Of a stretch of DNA of 32,000 nt, positions 26,822 through 32,000 are shown piece after piece; positions within the stretch are counted from its first letter, which is position 1; each line of letters opens with the position of its first letter. The stretch is from Puniceicoccaceae bacterium (GTDB lineage Bacteria; Verrucomicrobiota; Verrucomicrobiia; Opitutales; Coraliomargaritaceae). The notes beneath the pieces were generated by a model, which worked only from the letters and a program-made list of their open reading frames with translations, ran no database searches and was not told the DNA's origin. The position numbers and the translations under genes were made by a program. The stretch is taken from the NCBI GenBank assembly GCA_018402305.1, contig JAGYJE010000013.1, positions 50,790 through 82,789 of the forward strand, in the 5' to 3' direction.

Positions 26822-27421
26822 ATGCTCTGGAGTAACAACAAACTAATCGAGTTAATAGAAACTGACGATTTTGAAAAATTTGAGAAGGAATTCTCCAAGA
26901 AAAAAGACAAGACGGAGAGAACTCGCTATCTGAAATTTCCAGATTGGACTTATCTGCATATTGCCTGCAATAATAAGGCACTGGGAGTTGTTAAATCCAT
27001 ATTTAAGATATTTTCAGATTTCCCGGTGGATATCCAAGACGAACGAGGTATGACGCCTCTCCTAAGAAGTATCGCCAAGGAGGATTTCGAAACGGTCAAA
27101 TACTTGATCTCCAGAGGAGCTAGCCTGGATGTAACGGTCAATAACGATGTCAAAGTCATTCATTACGCGATACAGAATGGTAATCCGGATTTGCGGACTT
27201 TCTGTATCAATGAATACGGCCCACACAATCTGGACAATCTGGCTTATCTATCCATAGCTCAAATTTTGAATGTGCAGGAAATAATGCGGCTGAAGACTTT
27301 AGGGGTTGAGTTTGATCCTGCCAAATTAAAAGAGATTATCATACGAGTGATTTTATCTGATGATAACGAAGAGCACATCCTTGAAAACCTTCATTATTTT
27401 CTCGATCAAAAATTAAAATGA
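26822..27421 (+). CDS. Ankyrin-repeat protein
   Basis: 199-aa ORF starting 16 nt after the previous stop, in an AT-rich islet. ANK-like units are YLHIACNNKALGVVKSIF, ERGMTPLLRSIAKEDFETVKYLISRGASLDV and VIHYAIQNGNPDL. Confidence 0.7.
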   Translation: MLWSNNKLIELIETDDFEKFEKEFSKKKDKTERTRYLKFPDWTYLHIACNNKALGVVKSIFKIFSDFPVDIQDERGMTPLLRSIAKEDFETVKYLISRGASLDVTVNNDVKVIHYAIQNGNPDLRTFCINEYGPHNLDNLAYLSIAQILNVQEIMRLKTLGVEFDPAKLKEIIIRVILSDDNEEHILENLHYFLDQKLK

Positions 27422-27791
27422 TAGCAAAAAGACCCATGATTATTAACTCATTAAAACCTAATCCCAGAAACGTCTGATTAGAACCAAGACCTAGGAACAT
27501 CGAACCAATAGCACCCAGAGCCAGCACAAAAATACCAAGCCACCATTTTAGCGATTTAGCTGCATTTCTGTTTTTGCGGGAAATCGCATCCAAATTTGAA
27601 TTGTATGCGGACTCCGAACGAAAAAGATTTTTCGATGCACAATTCTTGCATACATTTACAACTTGTGAGCTTGAACGAATAATCGTTGGATCGATGGCTC
27701 CGCCGGTGTCCAAAGTGTAGGCATGGGTCGGACCTGAAACGGCGACCGAATTGAAATCGACCATTTTCTGGCAGCTAGGGCAATAGAGCAT
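27339..27791 (-). CDS. Zinc-ribbon membrane protein (hypothetical)
   Basis: The ORF is open from 27920. The internal ATG at 27791 gives MLYCPSCQKMVDF...NVCKNCASKNLF, with two CxxC pairs. Two hydrophobic segments follow: WWLGIFVLALGAIGSMFLGLG and LIIMGLFAIILIF. The 3' end overlaps the convergent ankyrin gene by 83 nt, which lowers confidence in the exact ends. Confidence 0.45.
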   Translation of the reverse strand: MLYCPSCQKMVDFNSVAVSGPTHAYTLDTGGAIDPTIIRSSSQVVNVCKNCASKNLFRSESAYNSNLDAISRKNRNAAKSLKWWLGIFVLALGAIGSMFLGLGSNQTFLGLGFNELIIMGLFAIILIFDRENNEGFQGCALRYHQIKSLV

Positions 27792-28116
27792 GAGTGCCAA
27801 ATACCTTAGCCGAAGGTAGTCGCCAAGCAATTTCCTCGGATCAATACTCCTCGGGAAGGAGGATGCATGCCGAACTACGATTCGCCTCGGTGAGGATGTA
27901 GATCCGCCGCACGTGCCCACCTGATGGAAACTCAGGATTCGAAAACCTTCTGCGATAGCCTATTACTGCTAGGACATTGCCTCCTGCGGGAGGACGTGTA
28001 AGAGCCAATGGGTCGGACCGGAGAGTGGGGAAATGGGTTGTCAGTTCTAAACTAGAACCATCGTGTTGGTTGTCCGGCGAATGGAATCGGCGGGTGTCAC
28101 ATCTCGGTATCTTTGA

Positions 28117-28494
28117 TCAAAGACAGCAAGCTGTAGCGGCGGCCGCAAAACTCATCCCGCCACACCCTGCACTTCTTGCAGCGACTTTGTAGCCAGATGA
28201 TCCAAAGTAGATTTTTTCTCCATCAATTCTGCCGATGACGTTGTAACCGCTTGATCCACCATAAATTTTGGTTCCATCGATTCGTGCGATCACCGTATAT
28301 CCGTTGGCTCCCGAGTAGACCTTGCCGTTTTCAAATCTCGCGACTACGGTATACCCGCTCGATCCCGAATACACTTTTCCGTCTTCAACTCTTGCTGCCA
28401 CCGTGTATCCGCTAGACCCCGAATAAACTTTGCACTGGGCATTCGCAAAACCTGATGTGAGAAGCGCGATTGTTAGGATGAATAGGTTCTTCAT
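28117..28494 (-). CDS. Small secreted protein with five 18-aa beta-hairpin-type repeats (KVYSGSSGYTVxARxxDG)
   Basis: 125-aa ORF. The signal-peptide-like N-terminus is MKNLFILTIALLTSGFANAQ. The repeats are KVYSGSSGYTVAARVEDG, KVYSGSSGYTVVARFENG, KVYSGANGYTVIARIDGT, KIYGGSSGYNVIGRIDGE and KIYFGSSGYKVAARSAG. A Cys-containing tail CGGMSFAAAATACCL ends the protein. Confidence 0.65.
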   Translation of the reverse strand: MKNLFILTIALLTSGFANAQCKVYSGSSGYTVAARVEDGKVYSGSSGYTVVARFENGKVYSGANGYTVIARIDGTKIYGGSSGYNVIGRIDGEKIYFGSSGYKVAARSAGCGGMSFAAAATACCL

Positions 28495-28644
28495 TTTATT
28501 TTTTCGTTAGAAATGACCTTTCACTTATCTCAGAGAACATACTGAGAAGCAAGTCAGAGATAGGAAATGGAGAATTGAAGCCTTTCGTCTCCGGTTCGTC
28601 CCTCACCTCCGTCTCCAGTCTTCATGCCTGCGCTGCTTGTCTTG

Positions 28645-30555
28645 TTACTCGGATGGAACTAGGGCGGGGCGGAAGCCTAGGGCGTTGTATCGGTGGGTCG
28701 GGTTGCTCCCGTTCCGCTTGGCCGCGCGGCAGCTGGCGGCGCTGCCGCCCCACGATCCGCCGCGATACACGCGGCGGCTGCTCGATGAAGCACCAGTCGG
28801 ATCGGTGCCACCTAAATGCTCGTTTCCATTCCAATCCGCACACCATTCCCACACGTTCCCATGCATGTCATGCAAACCCCACGCGTTCGCTTTCTTGGTT
28901 CCTACAGGGCGAGTTTTGGAATCGCTGTTACCCATATACCAGCTCACCTCGTCGAGCGTTCCACCCGAATAGGGACCTGTTTCTCCAGCCCGGCAGGCAT
29001 ACTCCCACTGCGCCTCGGTCGGCAGAGCCATCTGCCAGCCTTCGGGCAATACGCCTCTGTCGTTTACCTTCTTGATAAACTCTTGAGCGTCTTCCCAAGA
29101 CACACTCTCCACAGGCAGGTTATCACCCTTAAAACTGCTCGGATTGCTTACCATCACTGCGCGCCATTGTGCCTGAGTTACCTCGGTCTTTGCCATCCAG
29201 AAGGCTTTACTCAGGGTTACGCTTACCTGATTTTCGTCGCTAGAACGACCGTTCTCCGCTGGCGGACTTCCCATCGTGAAAGATCCCGCCGGACAAAAGG
29301 CAAAGTGCATGAACAAATTTCCCGCCAACGGCACACCCACCACAGTGCCAACCCGCCCAGCACCTATCTCGGAGGTGAGTCGTTCTTCTGCTACAGCGAC
29401 CCTACGGCTTTGCCAAGCAATATTCCGCTTGTTGCGGACAATCACCCCAATCACGCTGCTCACAAATGCTACTGAGCCAGCAACGACTGAGGTTACAGCA
29501 CTGCTTGAATGCCAAACGGCAAGAATTACCAAAGTCCACGTAATTGCTTGAACCGTAGTTGTAATTAATGCGATAAATTTGTCTTTGGTGCGGATCTTGG
29601 ATTCCTTCTCCACAAAAGATCGGATTTTACCCAAATGACTCAGTAGCTCCCGGCCTAGGTCAGAGTCCGTTTTTGTAATTAATCGAGCTAATTCCTGCAA
29701 CTCTACGTTGATCGCTGATAGCTCGCCTTTTTCTGCCCGCTCCGGTAGTGTCGAGCTGAAGGTAGTGAATCGCTGGAGCAACGATTGGAGTTTCTTCACG
29801 CCTGACTCCGCAGAGGTGTAGTTCAGATCGATGAACCGGGTATCACCCAGGGCTTCTAAACGTCTCTCGGCGCTCCGAATCTGCTGGTTCTGGACGTCCT
29901 GTTCGATCTGGGCCAGTTCTTTCGCGTGCCTGTCATGCAGCGTGATCAGTTCCTTCGCGCGCCTGTCATGCAGCGTGATCCATTCGCGGATATTTACCCC
30001 GACCGCCTCGAAGTGCTTGGCGACCTCCTCCGCCATCTTCCCCGAGCCATGAGCAAACTGATACGCTGCCTGGCGATGTTCCGGCTTCTTTAGATCCAGT
30101 CCTGACAGACTGGACGCACAAATCAGAAGCTCGTGATGAAGCTCCGCAGTGCCCGGGCCGACCTTCCAATCCAGCACTGAGATCTTCGCCCGCAAACTCT
30201 TCTGAATCCGCGATACCTCCGCCACTTTCGCATCCAGCTCCACCAGTAAACCCTCAAGCGTGGCCAGATCCACGGATGGTGCGTCTTTCAGCCACGATGT
30301 GAGTCGCTTGGTTTCACGGCTGGTTTCCGAGAAGAAGTTTTCGAGTGCTCGAAGTCGGCCTTCAATCACGTGAAAGGGATTTCGAGGCAGGTTTCCGGCC
30401 GCAGCATGCCCGTCGATGCAGTCAGCGAGGCGGGACTGGAGCTGCCGCAGAGCCTGCATGTCAGCCAGGTCACTCAGCACGTCCTGCTGAGATTCGAGCA
30501 TTTTGAGGTTCGCCTGCAACGCGGCGATCTGACGGAGAAAAGCGTCGTCGATCAT
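28645..30555 (-). CDS. Coiled-coil / two-TM / FGE-sulfatase (SUMF1-like, C-type-lectin fold) domain protein
   Basis: 636-aa ORF. The N-terminal about 335 aa appear helical and heptad-rich. Hydrophobic segments are FIALITTTVQAITWTLVILAVW and VTSVVAGSVAFVSSVIGVIV. The C-terminal domain reads FAFCPAGSFTMGSP...VTLSKAFWMAKTEVTQAQW...LPVESVSWEDAQEFI...LPTEAQWEYACRAG...ANAWGLHDMHGNVWEWCADW...RVYRGGSW......NALGFRPA. These are the hallmark motifs of the FGE-sulfatase family. Confidence 0.85.
   Translation of the reverse strand: MIDDAFLRQIAALQANLKMLESQQDVLSDLADMQALRQLQSRLADCIDGHAAAGNLPRNPFHVIEGRLRALENFFSETSRETKRLTSWLKDAPSVDLATLEGLLVELDAKVAEVSRIQKSLRAKISVLDWKVGPGTAELHHELLICASSLSGLDLKKPEHRQAAYQFAHGSGKMAEEVAKHFEAVGVNIREWITLHDRRAKELITLHDRHAKELAQIEQDVQNQQIRSAERRLEALGDTRFIDLNYTSAESGVKKLQSLLQRFTTFSSTLPERAEKGELSAINVELQELARLITKTDSDLGRELLSHLGKIRSFVEKESKIRTKDKFIALITTTVQAITWTLVILAVWHSSSAVTSVVAGSVAFVSSVIGVIVRNKRNIAWQSRRVAVAEERLTSEIGAGRVGTVVGVPLAGNLFMHFAFCPAGSFTMGSPPAENGRSSDENQVSVTLSKAFWMAKTEVTQAQWRAVMVSNPSSFKGDNLPVESVSWEDAQEFIKKVNDRGVLPEGWQMALPTEAQWEYACRAGETGPYSGGTLDEVSWYMGNSDSKTRPVGTKKANAWGLHDMHGNVWEWCADWNGNEHLGGTDPTGASSSSRRVYRGGSWGGSAASCRAAKRNGSNPTHRYNALGFRPALVPSE
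29914..29979 (-). repeat. In-frame 33-bp tandem duplication inside the coiled-coil region
   Basis: The units 29914-29946 and 29947-29979 differ at 2 positions. They encode ITLHDRRAKEL and ITLHDRHAKEL. Confidence 0.9.
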
Positions 30556-30582
30556 TTTGAGATTGGGTTATGTGGACAAGTT

Positions 30583-30924
30583 TCAGTTTGCTGGACGGAG
30601 CTTCTCCAGACGCTCAAGTGCGGCAAAGCTGTCCGCCATCAAGTTGCGCAACTGCTTGACCTGCTCTGCTTGATGCCTGCGCATTTCACGGTCGGCATCT
30701 TCCGCTTTGAGTCGCTGCTGCTCAATGACGAGGCGTTGTTGCTCGATTTTGGTGCGATCCGCCTCGATGCGATTGGCTTTCTCTAGCTCTGCCGTTTGCT
30801 TGCGGATCGCTGCCGCATGCTCTTTCTGCTGTGCAATCTGCTGGTTGCGCTGGCTGATGGCGGCCATGTGCCCCTTGGCGTTTAGGACCCCATCGTTTTC
30901 GTTGAATGAATCTTGCATGCTCAT
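30583..30924 (-). CDS. Small coiled-coil protein (hypothetical)
   Basis: 113-aa ORF ending 27 nt upstream of the FGE-domain gene start on the same strand. It is rich in Q, E, R, K and A (QQIAQQKEHAAAIRKQTAELEKANRIEADRTKIEQQRLVIEQQRLKAEDADREMRRHQAEQVKQL). Confidence 0.55.
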   Translation of the reverse strand: MSMQDSFNENDGVLNAKGHMAAISQRNQQIAQQKEHAAAIRKQTAELEKANRIEADRTKIEQQRLVIEQQRLKAEDADREMRRHQAEQVKQLRNLMADSFAALERLEKLRPAN

Positions 30925-31132
30925 AGTTCTGGTCTGCCAGATAGAACGTCATGATCAAGCTAATTTCATGTCATGATTCAGCGATGTCGGCTCCAAGGGT
31001 GACGGTGAGGGCGCTCATGCGCCTATGGGTATAGTAAGCGAAAAAAAATTCGTCCCATCACCGTCTGATCGGCAACCGATGGATCAGGATGCGTTATCGA
31101 ACTTGTCTCGTAGTTAAAAAAATGAGCTGAAT

Positions 31133-31160
31133 CCCCGGAACTCCATGCGGAGTCCCGGGG
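31133..31160 (-). terminator. Putative hairpin terminator downstream of the three-gene minus-strand operon
   Basis: The + strand reads CCCCGGAACTCC-atgc-GGAGTCCCGGGG, an 11-12 bp stem with one mismatch. It begins 10 nt after the stop of the 31170 gene. On the minus strand a T-run (tcattttttt) follows, about 9 nt from the stem. The + strand also has tgtttcgtttc after the stem, so it may act in both directions. Confidence 0.45.
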
Positions 31161-31169
31161 TGTTTCGTT

Positions 31170-31352
31170 TCAGGTCCGTGGCTTGATGTAGGCGTTGATG
31201 CCGACGATCACGGGCAGGCCGTTGATCTGGACGTCAGTGGGCTTGTTGCCGTTGCTGCTGGCGACGGTGAGCGTCTTGCCGGTGGCGGACGGTCGCGGGG
31301 CGTGCAGCGGGATTTCGATGTGGAGGACGTTGTCCTTGATGGTGGTTTTCAT
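31170..31352 (-). CDS. Small hypothetical protein (60 aa)
   Basis: The internal ATG at 31352 of ORF 31170-31565 gives MKTTIKDNVLHIEIPLHAPRPSATGKTLTVASSNGNKPTDVQINGLPVIVGINAYIKPRT. The upstream part of the ORF overlaps the neighbouring gene and looks non-coding (Pro/Asn/Thr-rich). Confidence 0.5.
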   Translation of the reverse strand: MKTTIKDNVLHIEIPLHAPRPSATGKTLTVASSNGNKPTDVQINGLPVIVGINAYIKPRT

Positions 31353-31377
31353 GGGGTTGGTTTGGTTAGGCGTTGGG

Positions 31378-31611
31378 TTATTGGTTATTGGTGGGTTGAA
31401 GACACAGGCGGTCGGCCTCGATCCATTCGACGGGTTGGAGGAATAGTCCGGGGATAATCGCTTGAATGCACACACGGGTGCAGTCCTCGGGTGTCTCGAT
31501 GACGAAGCGCTCGTATTCCTCATCGCCCGGATCCTGCCATTCCGGCACGATCTGGACGCGATCACCGACTTTCAGAGGTTCGGTGCCGCTGCGGGGCATC
31601 GGTTGTTTCAT
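31378..31611 (-). CDS. Small hypothetical protein (77 aa)
   Basis: The ORF MKQPMPRSGTEPLKVGDRVQIVPEWQDPGDEEYERFVIETPEDC... has its ATG overlapping the upstream gene's stop (ATGA at 31611-31608), which suggests translational coupling. Confidence 0.5.
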   Translation of the reverse strand: MKQPMPRSGTEPLKVGDRVQIVPEWQDPGDEEYERFVIETPEDCTRVCIQAIIPGLFLQPVEWIEADRLCLQPTNNQ

Positions 31612-31835
31612 GACCGGAGGTAGGCGGTGTCTTTTCTTTGGAAGAGGCTATGCGCCTCCTCTTCGGTGAGACCCACGAACTCGGATTCCCGGAATGAGAC
31701 TTCGTCCGGGTAGAACGAGAACAGGGTTTTACTGGAGTCATCCTCGAAGGTCGCGATGACCTCGGGCATGGGATCGAACATGCCCTGCGGCATAGGCCGG
31801 GGCATGGGGGTGATGGTGACGGATTTAATTTTCAT
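31608..31835 (-). CDS. Small hypothetical protein (75 aa)
   Basis: The internal ATG at 31835 gives MKIKSVTITPMPRPMPQGMFDPMPEVIATFEDDSSKTLFSFYPDEVSFRESEFVGLTEEEAHSLFQRKDTAYLRS. The longer ORF start at 31880 would run into the upstream hairpin. Confidence 0.45.
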   Translation of the reverse strand: MKIKSVTITPMPRPMPQGMFDPMPEVIATFEDDSSKTLFSFYPDEVSFRESEFVGLTEEEAHSLFQRKDTAYLRS

Positions 31836-31860
31836 GGGTGTTGGTTGTGTGTGGTGGGTG

Positions 31861-31908
31861 GAAAAAGAAATGGCCGCCACGAAGCATTGTGGGTGCTTTG
31901 TGGCGGCC
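31861..31908 (-). terminator. Rho-independent-type terminator for a minus-strand gene lying beyond the right edge
   Basis: A near-perfect hairpin GGCCGCCACGAAGCA-ttgtggg-TGCTTTGTGGCGGCC spans 31872-31908. On the minus strand it is followed by ATTTCTTTTTC (31871-31861). Confidence 0.55.
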
Positions 31909-32000
31909 GTGTTTCCCCGGTCGCGCTACTGGCGTGTCGTGCGACTCGGGCTTACCTCGTGGGTCCTTGCCAGAAGGTTTAGGATTAAGCGGCCGCAGCG

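Noticed and set aside
27921-28116. The intergenic stretch containing the short hairpin CCTCC-tgcg-GGAGG (about 27981-27994), considered as a terminator or small RNA.
   Set aside because: The stem is only 5 bp with no flanking T-run on either strand, which is too weak to call.
28645-28800. A possible diversity-generating-retroelement variable region at the 3' end of the FGE-sulfatase-domain gene.
   Set aside because: The scaffold fits, but I found no template-repeat copy, reverse transcriptase or Avd-like gene in the 32 kb. It is kept only as a genome-wide check in the findings.
28575-29475. Plus-strand ORFs of 111-219 aa (28575-29075, 28637-28972, 28816-29475) opposite the FGE-domain gene.
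   Set aside because: They are antisense to a gene with unmistakable FGE-sulfatase motifs, and their translations are Arg/Pro/Ser-rich with no motifs.
31910-32000. The right-edge sequence, and the other intergenic regions, inspected for tRNA-like or attachment-site features.
   Set aside because: No cloverleaf-compatible arms or conserved T-loop (GTTCxAxxC) context were recognised by eye. A tRNA or ncRNA scan would be needed to exclude them formally.

Overview
Bacterial chromosomal window, visibly GC-rich (roughly 55-60% by eye) with three AT-rich islets. The organism is unknown; the protein repertoire suggests a large-genome environmental bacterium, possibly PVC group, but this is unverified. 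Left edge (1-3252): two decayed, nested insertion sequences. A partial IS66-family element, with an intact tnpB tail and a multiply frameshifted transposase, has truncated a frameshifted ISL3-family transposase. Core (3328-27421, all + strand): a dense cluster of five STAND P-loop NTPase genes. Four are paralogues sharing a conserved about 230-aa N-terminal module that looks like DUF4062, fused to a NACHT-type NTPase. Each has a different C-terminal or adjacent repeat sensor: about 22 WD40 blades (1823 aa), an LRR protein encoded 8 nt downstream, KLC-type TPRs, or HEAT-like repeats. The fifth is an effector-less NTPase-TPR protein whose stop overlaps the start of the WD40 giant. The last NACHT gene is followed by a TM/Rossmann(TrkA-N-like)/RyR-domain membrane protein and an ankyrin protein. 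Interspersed are an envelope operon (secreted beta-repeat protein, membrane-anchored protein, PqiA-like protein) and an AT-rich islet with two small genes. Right part (- strand): a zinc-ribbon membrane protein, a secreted 18-aa-repeat protein, a two-gene operon (coiled-coil protein plus coiled-coil/2TM/FGE-sulfatase-domain protein), and three small translationally coupled genes flanked by hairpin terminators. No rRNA, tRNA or CRISPR array was recognised. The most interesting signal is the multi-paralogue NLR-like cluster. I read it as a candidate multi-sensor immune or conflict island; all domain calls come from motif reading by eye and need HMM or structure confirmation.
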